This document shows, piece after piece, positions 18,560-27,835 of a stretch of DNA of 64,000 nucleotides. Below the pieces are notes generated by a model. It ran no database searches. It saw only the letters and a list, made by a program, of their open reading frames with translations, and was not told the origin of the DNA. The position numbers were made by a program, and so were the translations under genes. Every line of letters begins with the position of its first letter. Position 1 is the first letter of the stretch. Location of the stretch: the IMG/VR virus record IMGVR_UViG_3300037264_008423, positions 124,001 through 188,000 of that record. The stretch is one strand, 5' to 3'.

Positions 18560-18624
18560 CCTTGCCCCCGGCTGTATTCGTCCCACATCCAGTCCCAATA
18601 AGACTTATACTCGTCCCAGCACAT
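18556..18624 (-). CDS. 22-aa Trp/Asp/Tyr-rich micropeptide MCWDEYKSYWDWMWDEYSRGQG
   Basis: GTTCT 7 nt upstream of ATG; stop overlaps the next ATG (ATGA); not in the ORF track. Confidence 0.5.
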   Translation of the reverse strand: MCWDEYKSYWDWMWDEYSRGQG

Positions 18625-18770
18625 AGGACATAGAACGGGATCGACGTTTAGTTTTTTTGTCCGTGTAAGCGGTCTGGCAGGGAATTGCGTGAACCTCCGG
18701 GCCGAGGACGCCGCAGCGTTCGCAGGCTTCCCAGGTCATCTCCAACATGAGGCTTTTCAGGTCTTCCGAA

Positions 18771-19055
18771 TCACATGCCAGGCTGGAAATCGTCTCGCTT
18801 CTGGCGGGGTTCCCAGGTGCGCCGCTCGATGGCGTCCCACACTCTTTTACAGGCGGGGAAGGCCATGCCGAGGGCGCGCCAGAGGGTTCTCCAGAAGGAG
18901 TAATCCTCGACGAAGATCCGCTCGCCGGTGAAGGTCCAGTAAGAACGGAAGCCCGACACCGCCCGAACGCGCCGGGGGCGAGCACTGTGACTTTCCCAAA
19001 ACCAGCAGGCGCTCCAGCATAAGAGGCGATTCTTTGAGGCATGGCGATTTTTCAT
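18771..19055 (-). CDS. Hypothetical Trp-rich protein
   Basis: 94-aa ORF in operon. Confidence 0.5.
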   Translation of the reverse strand: MKNRHASKNRLLCWSACWFWESHSARPRRVRAVSGFRSYWTFTGERIFVEDYSFWRTLWRALGMAFPACKRVWDAIERRTWEPRQKRDDFQPGM

Positions 19056-19069
19056 GGTTCGGTGCGCCG

Positions 19070-19411
19070 TTATCGGTCCTTTGATCGGAGCACTTTGAGT
19101 TCCTCTTCTGTAAATTCCCGATTGCCAAAATTTTTAATGACGGGAAAGACCCACTTAGCGAAATTGCCTACGGGCCGCTGTTTGGCTTTTTGCTCGGCGG
19201 CGCGCTTCTCAAGGGCAGCGTCTTCACGCTGGTTGAGGCTGCTTTCCTGGTCCTCGGTAAGCGAGGGGCAGCGAGGATCGTGCTCACAGGGAAAAGTGGA
19301 AAAGTGGCCGCAACGCTGGTTATAGTCCATCGCTTCCACCAGCCGGGTAAAACATTGTTCGTCCCCAAGACCGGCTTTAGAGACCAGGCAGTGTGATATA
19401 GGTATGCTCAT
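19070..19411 (-). CDS. Hypothetical protein
   Basis: 113-aa ORF downstream of the palindrome. Confidence 0.65.
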   Translation of the reverse strand: MSIPISHCLVSKAGLGDEQCFTRLVEAMDYNQRCGHFSTFPCEHDPRCPSLTEDQESSLNQREDAALEKRAAEQKAKQRPVGNFAKWVFPVIKNFGNREFTEEELKVLRSKDR

Positions 19412-19423
19412 GTCTCAGCAATA

Positions 19424-19455
19424 TCCACTTGAAATTGTAAACAATTTCAAGTGGA
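19424..19455. promoter_or_regulatory. Perfect 15-bp inverted repeat, putative operator or terminator
   Basis: TCCACTTGAAATTGT-AA-ACAATTTCAAGTGGA, 12 nt upstream of ATG 19411. Confidence 0.6.
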
Positions 19456-19489
19456 AAAACAATTCCACCCAGGAGACAGAACGGCTCTT

Positions 19490-20101
19490 TTAAAGGGCGA
19501 TGTTTTCGAGGTCGGCCAGCTTAATAGGACCGGCTGCGGTTACTTCCGCTGCCGGTTCCGAAAGGCTCTCCGCATCCGGGTAAAAATGAATGGAACTGCG
19601 GCTGCCGTGTTCCATCGTGTAGCCTAAGCCGCGCGCGGTCAGGTCTAACTCGTCAAGCAGCTTGGAGTTTTCTTCCAGGTGATCGGCCAGCAGTCCGCTC
19701 AGGGTCATGGAGAACGCGGCGTTTTGCGCGTATTCCGGGTAGGGTCCCCGATAAGCTCCCTGGGGCCACACCTTGAACTCGCCGGACAGCCCCTTGTTAT
19801 TCATGAACTCGGTAATGCTTTGGACCGCTTGGTCGGGCTGAAGCGAGCCGGTGTAGTCCTTGGGGTCCAGATCATCGATTTCCGCTTCTCCGATGTCCTG
19901 AAGCAACTTGTGAAGCTGGTAGAGCTGACCCGCGCGCTGGCGCGAAACATTGAGCTGCCTGCCGATGGTCCGGTAGGGCAGCTTGAGTTTGTCGCGCATG
20001 CGCGCGACGTAGGCGGCGCGCTCCCGCCGCACCGGATTGTCCGCTTCCGTCAGCAGGTCCACGACCGCGCTGATTAACCAGTTGTTATGCTCGTCCGCCA
20101 T
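19490..20101 (-). CDS. HTH-containing protein with acidic-KD tag
   Basis: Sigma-region-4-like YRTIGRQLNVSRQRAGQL; VVDLLTEAD and IGEAEIDDLDPKDY; GTAGTTA 6 nt upstream. Confidence 0.75.
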   Translation of the reverse strand: MADEHNNWLISAVVDLLTEADNPVRRERAAYVARMRDKLKLPYRTIGRQLNVSRQRAGQLYQLHKLLQDIGEAEIDDLDPKDYTGSLQPDQAVQSITEFMNNKGLSGEFKVWPQGAYRGPYPEYAQNAAFSMTLSGLLADHLEENSKLLDELDLTARGLGYTMEHGSRSSIHFYPDAESLSEPAAEVTAAGPIKLADLENIAL

Positions 20102-20110
20102 CAAGGCTAA

Positions 20111-20524
20111 CTACTCCACCCAGGGCACCTTGGCCGTGGCCAGCCGATGGGCATCGTCATTTTTAACGGTGCCAGCCGAATCTTCGGTAAGAACCTGGAG
20201 CTGGCCTTCGGCAAATCCCAGGCGCACGCCTGGGGGACAGTTGCGCGCCAGGCGCTTCAAGGCGCTGATCCAAAGGCGCACGGGCGGCGGCGGCGGGTCT
20301 TGGAGCCGATACTTGAGCTGGACCTTGGCGCTTTCCAGGAAGTCCCGGCCTCGCGCGCTAAGCTGAAATCGCTCCACTTGGTCGGGCGCGGCCAGCGCGC
20401 CCTGATGGTCCACCGGCTGGATAAAGGCCCGGTAGCGCATCATTTTGAGATAGTTGGCGCTCGTGGGCTGAAGGCGGCCATCGGCAACCGTTTGCAGCAA
20501 AGAGACAGGCGGGGTTCGGGTCAT
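20111..20524 (-). CDS. Hypothetical protein
   Basis: 137 aa, ATGA-coupled. Confidence 0.65.
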   Translation of the reverse strand: MTRTPPVSLLQTVADGRLQPTSANYLKMMRYRAFIQPVDHQGALAAPDQVERFQLSARGRDFLESAKVQLKYRLQDPPPPPVRLWISALKRLARNCPPGVRLGFAEGQLQVLTEDSAGTVKNDDAHRLATAKVPWVE

Positions 20525-20712
20525 GGCCGTAAAGCGCGCCGGGGGCTGACCACGGGCAGATGGGCAGGCAGGGGCGGTTGGGGACGGAGCACCGTTCCCG
20601 GTTCCTGGTTGCAGACCGGGCAGCGCAGGACACCTTGTGTAAGCTGCAACCGACCACGGCAGAAAGCGCAGGGGTCTCCCGCTTTTGCATTATTTTTGTT
20701 TACTTTAGACAT
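20521..20712 (-). CDS. Small zinc-ribbon protein
   Basis: CAFC...CPVC. Confidence 0.6.
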   Translation of the reverse strand: MSKVNKNNAKAGDPCAFCRGRLQLTQGVLRCPVCNQEPGTVLRPQPPLPAHLPVVSPRRALRP

Positions 20713-20781
20713 AACGACAAGGCCGTAAGGGTGCATAAAGCCAAGACCCAGCCGAGGACGCTGGCCTGCAAGTGACCGGGG

Positions 20782-21213
20782 TTAGCCTGGGCGCACCAGG
20801 ATTTCAGGGTTAAAAGCAGCGGGTCCGTGTGGCGGGGGCGGCGCGACGGGAAGCAGCGGAGCATGAGCCACAGGGGCAGCAGGACCAGCATCCTTAAACA
20901 CTGTTTGTTCAGAGATTCGCCAGCGGATATAGGCGCGGTCCTGGCTAAGCCGGGCAAACGGCTTTCGGCTGAGGTCATTGCGCAGTCGCCGCAAAAATTT
21001 GGCGTGCCCCGCCTCAGTGTCGAAGCAAAAGGCCGCGCCTTTATCCAAAGACTGGACCAATTCGGTGTAGGTGAGGCGCACCGCCTGGTGCTGAAGGCTA
21101 CAGACGACTTGCGCGTCACTCTGTTTCTCGAATATTCGGGCAGCATGATCTTTACCTTCCAACAGGTAGCCGTTGTTGCTGTTAACTACAAGCCAACCTA
21201 GATTATCACTCAT
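20782..21213 (-). CDS. Hypothetical protein
   Basis: Start MSDNLGW via TAATG overlap. Confidence 0.7.
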   Translation of the reverse strand: MSDNLGWLVVNSNNGYLLEGKDHAARIFEKQSDAQVVCSLQHQAVRLTYTELVQSLDKGAAFCFDTEAGHAKFLRRLRNDLSRKPFARLSQDRAYIRWRISEQTVFKDAGPAAPVAHAPLLPVAPPPPHGPAAFNPEILVRPG

Positions 21214-21602
21214 TAATGTTCCTTTCGCATCTGTGCCAGGAGTTTTTGAAAATTGTCCAAAAGCCACTTCACCATGCGCTTCACCCGGTGGGTCCCGCCA
21301 AAGTCACGGCACTCCGTAAGCGCCGGTAGTCCATTGACGTAGTAGTCGGCCTGATAGCCGTGCCCGACCAGCCACATATCCACCCGGAAATCAGGCTGGT
21401 GCTTGGAGAGCAGGATTTGAATCTGGCGCGCGGGGACGCGCACGCGTTTGGGCACACCGGCTAAAGTGAGAATGACGTTCTCGGTGCGGTTGTCCGGGTC
21501 TTCCTCGATCAAGCGGCAAGTCTTGATTTCGTCCTCGCTGAAGGACACGTAGCCGCTTTTTTCATTGCCAGCCGTGAGATGGTTAAGAAATATAATTTTC
21601 AC
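21213..21602 (-). CDS. Hypothetical protein
   Basis: 129 aa, coupled overlaps at both ends. Confidence 0.7.
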   Translation of the reverse strand: MKIIFLNHLTAGNEKSGYVSFSEDEIKTCRLIEEDPDNRTENVILTLAGVPKRVRVPARQIQILLSKHQPDFRVDMWLVGHGYQADYYVNGLPALTECRDFGGTHRVKRMVKWLLDNFQKLLAQMRKEH

Positions 21603-22258
21603 GTGAGGAGCAGGTTAATCCGTTCAAGCAAACTTTCAACTTGACCAGGCTGAACCAGCTCGCTAATGCGCTGGTTTAAGATGTCATACTTGGCCTTGAG
21701 TATGCCGAGGGACGCCAGGTAACTTTCCTTGTAGGGCAGGACGTGGACGCAATCCTTGTCGAAGCAGAACCCATGCAGTAGCTCGCAGGGCCTGGTGTAG
21801 TAGAGGCCCGTGTCCGGCGTGCCTTTGAGCCGGTAGTAGCTCGCGGCTTGTTCCGCAGGCGTGTAATCAAAAGTCATGTCCACGGCGGGTTCCCGGTTGC
21901 TCTCAAATATCGAATCACCCTGGCTGCCCTTTACTTTAAAGCCGACAATGATTACGGGATGCCAGTCCAGGTGCAGCAGTTCCCGGATTTGTTCCTCGCA
22001 CATTTTGCGCAAGTGATTGATATTGGCGTGCGCCAGGTGTGTGAAGGTAAACGCGGCGGATTTTATACCCGCTTTGTTCAAGTCACCGTGGTTTAGCGCC
22101 GCGTAAAAGCTAATCTTGGGGTCGGCGTTACTTGCGTTAGCCTGGGCATCGCGAGGACGTTCCAGGTAGATTTCATAGCGCACTATAAACTGGTTAAATT
22201 TAAAGTGCCAGGTGTCAATGAGCTTGCGGACGGGAGTGCTAATGCGCGAGGGATTCAT
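21599..22258 (-). CDS. Hypothetical protein
   Basis: 219 aa, coupled overlaps. Confidence 0.75.
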   Translation of the reverse strand: MNPSRISTPVRKLIDTWHFKFNQFIVRYEIYLERPRDAQANASNADPKISFYAALNHGDLNKAGIKSAAFTFTHLAHANINHLRKMCEEQIRELLHLDWHPVIIVGFKVKGSQGDSIFESNREPAVDMTFDYTPAEQAASYYRLKGTPDTGLYYTRPCELLHGFCFDKDCVHVLPYKESYLASLGILKAKYDILNQRISELVQPGQVESLLERINLLLT

Positions 22259-22842
22259 AGCGTGCGGGTTTGATAGCGCCGCTGTTCCTCGACCCAGGTC
22301 ATCCGGTCAGCCAGGCTGGGGGAAGTATAAGCGCGCCGATGCACCAGCTCATAGGCGGGTCCTAGGTCAAGCGCGCCGCTGAAGTCTAGCGTGCCGACGA
22401 CTCCGGCAGTTCCCTGGCGATTTTTGACGAGAGTCCAGCGGTTGCTGTGAAGAACGAGGACGACCTCCGCCAGGTTTTGGAGCCTGGCGGTGTTGTAGCA
22501 ATGAATCGAATGGCATACCGGGAGCAGGGCATATTTGGCGTGGCCCGTTACACAGACGACGGCAGGAACTTGAAGCCGGTCGGCTTGATGGATCATGCGC
22601 AGCAGCCGACCGTTATCATCATCAAATGGCACGGCATACTCGTCCAGATAGAGCAGTTTATGGCCGAGAGCGAGCGTCAGCGCGGCCAGCAGCGCGGTCT
22701 TGCCCGACTTGGGTCCGCCCGTGATCAGCCACAGGCCCCGAGGAGCCAGGCGGGAGAGAAGCGGGGCGACCTGGTAGTCCACGGAACCCGCGCTCGTCAT
22801 GTCCAGCGCGAGCTGCTTAAATTCCAGGTCCTCGTCGGTCAT
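22255..22842 (-). CDS. Small RecA/DnaB-like P-loop NTPase
   Basis: LWLITGGPKSGKT Walker A; LYLDE Walker B; AEVVLVL...LVKNRQG DnaB-like C-terminus. Confidence 0.65.
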   Translation of the reverse strand: MTDEDLEFKQLALDMTSAGSVDYQVAPLLSRLAPRGLWLITGGPKSGKTALLAALTLALGHKLLYLDEYAVPFDDDNGRLLRMIHQADRLQVPAVVCVTGHAKYALLPVCHSIHCYNTARLQNLAEVVLVLHSNRWTLVKNRQGTAGVVGTLDFSGALDLGPAYELVHRRAYTSPSLADRMTWVEEQRRYQTRTL

Positions 22843-23036
22843 GGTTCCGAGCGTTGTTTTCGGGCGCTGTAGCCGGAGCGGATTAGCTCATTGACCCGGC
22901 GATTGGCTTCTTTGGCCGGGATGTTTTCCACTTGGGTGCTGATGCTGCTTCCCACGCCGACAGTTACTTCGGCGTTTTCCTCGTCCGTGAAGCGGATGCG
23001 GATGCGGCTTTTGCCTTTGGTCAGGGTATAGGTCAT
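22839..23036 (-). CDS. Small hypothetical protein
   Basis: 65 aa, ATGA-coupled. Confidence 0.65.
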   Translation of the reverse strand: MTYTLTKGKSRIRIRFTDEENAEVTVGVGSSISTQVENIPAKEANRRVNELIRSGYSARKQRSEP

Positions 23037-23039
23037 AGC

Positions 23040-23723
23040 TTAGGATTCCATTGTCAATGGGTTAGCGCGGTTTAGCATGTGTTGAATCAGTTTGCGCGCC
23101 ACAGCCAGGCGCTCAAAATTAGACCCGGCACTGGCATGCTCCTTCAGGAGGTCATCGGGCCGTCCCGCGCGCGCCTCCGCAGCGGTAAACCCGCTGGCCG
23201 TAATCCGCAAGCAGTAGGTGCCGTCCTCGTTACGCTGGCGGCTAAAGCCCATCAGCGTGGGCGCGGGATCGCCGTAGGGGCCGGGGGCGATAGGCAGGGG
23301 CACTTCCTGCTGGGCCAGGTCTGCCAGATCCTCCTGCGCCTTTCTGTTTTTGAGCACCGACACGTTGCCTGCCAGGCGCGAGTCCAGCTCGGCCAGGTGG
23401 TATTGCACGATCTTATCCCAGGGAAAATCCTGCCATTCGGCGTGGGACCGGTTAAAGGTGATGGGATGCCGCGTGCGCTCCACCTGCACCTGAATCCGGG
23501 TGTAAGTCCGGGTGTAGCGGCTGCCGCGCGGCACAATCGTAACCCTGGCCTCGGCCACGCAGCCGGTGGGAAGGTCTTTGGCGCGCGTAACGACAGCGTA
23601 GTGCTCCACCGCGCTCTCACGCCCTAGAGCACGCAGCAGGCCCACCAGGCGCACCACCGCCTCGCCGCACTTTTTGGCGTAGTGGCTGTTATTCGCCTGC
23701 GTATCGTCTTTGTCTTCGTTCAT
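23040..23723 (-). CDS. Hypothetical early protein
   Basis: 227 aa, directly behind a sigma70-like promoter. Confidence 0.75.
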   Translation of the reverse strand: MNEDKDDTQANNSHYAKKCGEAVVRLVGLLRALGRESAVEHYAVVTRAKDLPTGCVAEARVTIVPRGSRYTRTYTRIQVQVERTRHPITFNRSHAEWQDFPWDKIVQYHLAELDSRLAGNVSVLKNRKAQEDLADLAQQEVPLPIAPGPYGDPAPTLMGFSRQRNEDGTYCLRITASGFTAAEARAGRPDDLLKEHASAGSNFERLAVARKLIQHMLNRANPLTMES

Positions 23724-23729
23724 AGCGAA

Positions 23730-23757
23730 AATGTAAACAAAATAAACTCCGCGTCAA
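23730..23757 (-). promoter_or_regulatory. Sigma70-like promoter (leaderless)
   Basis: TTGACG-N16-TACATT, 6 nt before ATG 23723. Confidence 0.7.
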
Positions 23758-23790
23758 GCCCAAATGCTAACTATTTCGTGGTTTAGCGGG

Positions 23791-24150
23791 TCACCAGATC
23801 TTCGTAGCCACGTTTTGGCGCGCGCTGTCCCGCCATTCCACGCAGAATTTCTGGCCGAACGTCAGCAGCAGGCCATCGTCCGAGCAGCCCGGCTCGCCAG
23901 CCAGTTGGATGTAGAGGCCGGTCTCCGCGTCCGTGCAGGCAGCGACCACCAGACTTTGATCCGTAAGCCGCGAGCGCCAAATGGTCTGGTCCTGGAACAG
24001 GCCGGGGCTGGGCTGGGACTCGTAAAAAAGCTTTTTAGCTTCCCGGTAAAGGATAGTGACTCGGTTGCCATCGAGTTTGGATCGGTTACCCAGGAGCGCC
24101 GCGTTCAGGGAGGGCAGGTGCTTGGGACTGATTAGGTGTGGATTTAGCAT
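23791..24150 (-). CDS. Hypothetical protein
   Basis: 119-aa ORF. Confidence 0.6.
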   Translation of the reverse strand: MLNPHLISPKHLPSLNAALLGNRSKLDGNRVTILYREAKKLFYESQPSPGLFQDQTIWRSRLTDQSLVVAACTDAETGLYIQLAGEPGCSDDGLLLTFGQKFCVEWRDSARQNVATKIW

Positions 24151-24670
24151 AAAGTATTTTAACCTGGACCCTGGCTTCCTCGGCCCGGCACCAGTATTTG
24201 GCCGTCAAGCCCAGCCAGATGGAGGAATCCTGCGCGAAAAGTGCGTCGCTTACCGCTTTGCCGATGTTGTCCCAGTCCGGTGTCTGCCGACAGGGCTGGC
24301 CCTGCATTTGCCCCTTCTTTTTGCCGGACCACGAGGGCGGCATGGGCACGTGCGCGGTCACCAGGAGGATATCCGGCGCGCCCGGCAGCGATCCCGCCGC
24401 CTCGCGCAGGCCGTCCGCGAAGGCCCGGTAGCGCATCACACAGGGACGGTGCAGGAACTTGTCCCGGCGCGTCATGCGGGGCTTGCCCACGGGTGTGCCC
24501 CGGCAGCAAAACTCCCGCACCGTGAACCGAGCCAGCGCCAGAACCGGCCACAGCTCTTTTTCATCCGCCGTGGTCGGGGGAGGGGCCACGGAGGGTGGCC
24601 CCAACGGCGCTAACCGCTGGGTATTGACCCTGGCGGCCATCGCTCTAAACTCTTGGGGTGTGATGCCCAT
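24086..24670 (-). CDS. rusA: RusA-family Holliday junction resolvase
   Basis: PVGKPRMTRRD, PDWDNIGKAVSDALF..DSSIW...KYW. Confidence 0.85.
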   Translation of the reverse strand: MGITPQEFRAMAARVNTQRLAPLGPPSVAPPPTTADEKELWPVLALARFTVREFCCRGTPVGKPRMTRRDKFLHRPCVMRYRAFADGLREAAGSLPGAPDILLVTAHVPMPPSWSGKKKGQMQGQPCRQTPDWDNIGKAVSDALFAQDSSIWLGLTAKYWCRAEEARVQVKILYAKSTPNQSQAPALPERGAPG

Positions 24671-24741
24671 GTTTACATTTTATTTTACAAGTTGTGAACC
24701 GGCGCTATCCTGCTCCCCAAGAGAACGTATTTAAAGTTGCT

Positions 24742-26481
24742 ATGCCGGATCAAGTTGAACCAGTGGGCCAGGCTCCCGTCGCCGAGACACCGCCAGCCAA
24801 GCCAGCGCGAAAACCGAAAGTTTCTCCCCTGGAGAAGCTGAAGCAGAAGTATCGGCTGGACGATACGGTGCGCATTTTGGAAGCGGGACCCGATGGCAGG
24901 CCGCTGGGATCGGGGCCGCTGCTGGACCCGGAGGTCTTCAACCGGTTTGCCGCGCTGGACCCCTCCAAGGATAAGCGTTACCTGGACTGGATGCTGTTTC
25001 AAGTTGGGGGCGGCGTGGCGGCTTTTAAGCGGAGCATGGAGCAGTGGGGCGTGGATATTCCCGAAGTCCAGCCCGACGATTTAATCCGGCGATTTAACAC
25101 CGAGATCACGAACCGGCTCTCCACGGTGGATTTGAATGAGATTGCCAGGTCAACGGGCATACCGCAGCTTCCCCGCCTGTCCGCCGAGATCAGCCAGGCC
25201 ATGACTCCCCGTGATCCGGTCGCATCCTACCAGAGCTTATTGGCTTTGCTCCAGCAGCGCCAGCTCCGTCCGGGCAAGGAGGAAAAGCTGGCCATGGAGC
25301 TGGTCAGCCACAAGCTGAAGAAGTGGATCAAAGACCAGAGCGACGTGCGCGTGCGCGACCGGGTTCACATCATGACGGTGTGGAGCCGCACGCTGCGAGG
25401 CATGACCCGCGAACAGGCCGAGGCCGAGTGGCAGCGGATCATGCCCACCCGGATGCGGGAGTATATGCTGGGCGACCAGGATAGCTCCAAGCGGACGCTC
25501 TTCGGATTCAATCGGCACTGGCCGGGCCGGGAAAGCCGTTACGAAACCGTTCACGACGAAATGAAGACCTTTCTGCAAAACGCGGAGCGGGTCAAGCGGC
25601 GCAACGATCAGTTGGAAAAGTATAACGCGCAGATCGCGATCAAGAACGCGCAGCTTCCCCCGGAGCGCCAGTTGCCGCTGCGGGAACCCATCGAGGTTGA
25701 CTTGAATATCGGGAAAGTGACGCTAGACGAGAAAAACATGGTTCTGAGCTATCGCGGCCCTTATCCCACGGTGCAGGAATTGTCCAAGGCGAATGAGGCG
25801 ATTTCGGAAATGCCGCTGCGGGATCGAGTCCGGGCGGATGTGCGCTACGCGGGTCCGCAGGGAAAAGAAGGCCCCGGAGAGAAACTTTACTCCGACGAAA
25901 ACCTGGATGTGTTTGTGCCTTTGACGATGGCGGCCAGTGTGCAGTCAGGCCATCCCGGTTGGGAGATCAGCGATCCAGCGCAGTATCAAAGCATTAAGGC
26001 CAAAAGCCAAGGCCACAGCATGACCGCTTGGACGGCCAATTACTCCGGGCTGGATGTGGTCGGTGATGAGGGTGGAGGGGGTCGCGATTACATGCGCGTG
26101 CCCATCATCTTCCATTTAAAGAGAGCGGTTAAACCGGAGTTTAGTCGGCTCCTGCTGGCCACGCCTATTGACGAGTTGGTGGAGCTGAGTCCTCCCTACT
26201 TAGGCTTAAAGTTCCGCATGGGAGAGACCAGAGAAGTGATCCTCAAAGATCTGGTGCAGCAAATGAAGAGCACCCTGCCGCGCGACGTGTATCTGTCCAC
26301 GCTGCGCAGCGTGCGCGACGCCATCCGCTTTATTCAAAAGTGGGCCGGAGGTTTTGATCCGGGCCGCGTCGTGGCTGATCCCACCGCCTATCACCTGCGA
26401 CGCATGGGCGGTCCCGCGCGCAGCTTCAAGGAGGAGATCGAGCTGAGAGCGCGCCAAACCATGAATTTGCTTATCGCATGA
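24742..26481 (+). CDS. Large hypothetical, probably virion-associated protein
   Basis: Start MPDQVEP 8 nt after GTATTTA; DPSKDKRYLDW and KLYSD...VPLT.AAS motifs, recalled from large-phage proteins. Confidence 0.8.
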   Translation: MPDQVEPVGQAPVAETPPAKPARKPKVSPLEKLKQKYRLDDTVRILEAGPDGRPLGSGPLLDPEVFNRFAALDPSKDKRYLDWMLFQVGGGVAAFKRSMEQWGVDIPEVQPDDLIRRFNTEITNRLSTVDLNEIARSTGIPQLPRLSAEISQAMTPRDPVASYQSLLALLQQRQLRPGKEEKLAMELVSHKLKKWIKDQSDVRVRDRVHIMTVWSRTLRGMTREQAEAEWQRIMPTRMREYMLGDQDSSKRTLFGFNRHWPGRESRYETVHDEMKTFLQNAERVKRRNDQLEKYNAQIAIKNAQLPPERQLPLREPIEVDLNIGKVTLDEKNMVLSYRGPYPTVQELSKANEAISEMPLRDRVRADVRYAGPQGKEGPGEKLYSDENLDVFVPLTMAASVQSGHPGWEISDPAQYQSIKAKSQGHSMTAWTANYSGLDVVGDEGGGGRDYMRVPIIFHLKRAVKPEFSRLLLATPIDELVELSPPYLGLKFRMGETREVILKDLVQQMKSTLPRDVYLSTLRSVRDAIRFIQKWAGGFDPGRVVADPTAYHLRRMGGPARSFKEEIELRARQTMNLLIA

Positions 26482-27143
26482 GAGCCGAAACGCTAGCCCT
26501 GGTCCCCCCCATCCTCGGTCACCTGCTGGAGGACAACGACGAGGACGACTTCGACATGAAGGATCTGGCGGAGCTGGGTACCGAGGACATGTGGATTCAG
26601 ATTGATGGCGACTTTGGCGATCCCTGGGAATACGGGGGCGACTGGTATAACTCCGTGACCAACGAGGTTATCCACTGGGACGGCATGGAGATGGAAACCG
26701 AGGGGCCGGACGCGCCCACGGACCCGGACGATGTGGAGGTTCCGGCCAGCATGACCGCCGCGTTGGACCGGCGTTTCCCCTTGGACTACATGGACCCGGA
26801 TGGAGACGAGGAGTGGACGCGGCGCGTGCGGGACGACAATGAGCGCGAGCGCGAGCGTTTAATCGGCCAGTATCAGTATGCGCGCGCGGCCTATTTGGAC
26901 GCGCGCAAACCTCACACGGTGTTTATTATTGACATCAATCCCGATGGCGTGCTGGACCACTGGCTGCAAGGCAGGGTGGAAGATGCCGCGCGGACAATGG
27001 GCATGCCCGTGGCGGATTTCACGGCCATGCCCTTAGCCAGCCAGATGGTGGAGTTTGGCCGCTATCTTGGATACAGCGACCTCGGTTATTCGGAAAGAAT
27101 GTCCAAAATTGAGCTGGCGCGCCAGCTCAACACCACGCTTTAG
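26478..27143 (+). CDS. Acidic protein with LLE-acidic-KD tag
   Basis: ILGHLLEDNDEDDFDMKDLA. Confidence 0.8.
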   Translation: MRAETLALVPPILGHLLEDNDEDDFDMKDLAELGTEDMWIQIDGDFGDPWEYGGDWYNSVTNEVIHWDGMEMETEGPDAPTDPDDVEVPASMTAALDRRFPLDYMDPDGDEEWTRRVRDDNERERERLIGQYQYARAAYLDARKPHTVFIIDINPDGVLDHWLQGRVEDAARTMGMPVADFTAMPLASQMVEFGRYLGYSDLGYSERMSKIELARQLNTTL

Positions 27144-27835
27144 CGCAGGCCGTTGAGTAGGTCCCGCACTAGCTCGTGCGCGGCCTCCGCCACACTGGAC
27201 TCGGTAATACCCTGAGTGCCGCAGATCCAATCCGCCAGCGCCGCCCCGAAGTCCTCGAAAATTTCCTGGGAAGAGTAGGCGGAGATCAAGGGAACCAGCG
27301 GGTGATAGCGGCGCAGATTGGCGTAAGCCTGAGTGGCTCCCCACTTGCGCAGGTTCACGTTTTGTGATTGCGCGTAGGGCACGCCGTTAGCGATCATGGC
27401 GTTGGCCAGGTTGAGGGCCACGTAGCGGTCCATTGCCGTTTTAAACGACTCCACCATGTCCCGGTAACTTTTAAAGTCCGGGGTCAGCTTGCGCTGAACG
27501 GCGTCGATCTGCTCGGACTTGGGCAGGCAGAGCTTATTGGTCCAGCGCCGCTTAAGGGGCGTCTTAGCCTGAGCGTAAAGCAGATGGCCGAACTCCCGGA
27601 TCAGGGCGTAGCAACCGGCTTGGCTGGATTTTTCCAGCAGGGAGGGGTAAAGGGAAATGCGGTGCGAGCCGTCCCGCGCCACTTCCGTATCGCTGGTCAC
27701 CCGCTGCTCCTCCATCTTGTTCCAGACGATCTCGCTCCACAGCCGATTCACGTGGCTCAGCTCGGCGACGGGACCGTCCTTCAAGAGTGTCCCCGCCGCT
27801 TGAATCAGGCTATCGTAGCGGGTTTCCGCTGGCAT
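27140..27835 (-). CDS. Zincin-like fold protein with degenerate HExxH
   Basis: ISLYP...LIREFGHLLY...SAYSSQEIFEDFG; start MPAETRY. Confidence 0.6.
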   Translation of the reverse strand: MPAETRYDSLIQAAGTLLKDGPVAELSHVNRLWSEIVWNKMEEQRVTSDTEVARDGSHRISLYPSLLEKSSQAGCYALIREFGHLLYAQAKTPLKRRWTNKLCLPKSEQIDAVQRKLTPDFKSYRDMVESFKTAMDRYVALNLANAMIANGVPYAQSQNVNLRKWGATQAYANLRRYHPLVPLISAYSSQEIFEDFGAALADWICGTQGITESSVAEAAHELVRDLLNGLR

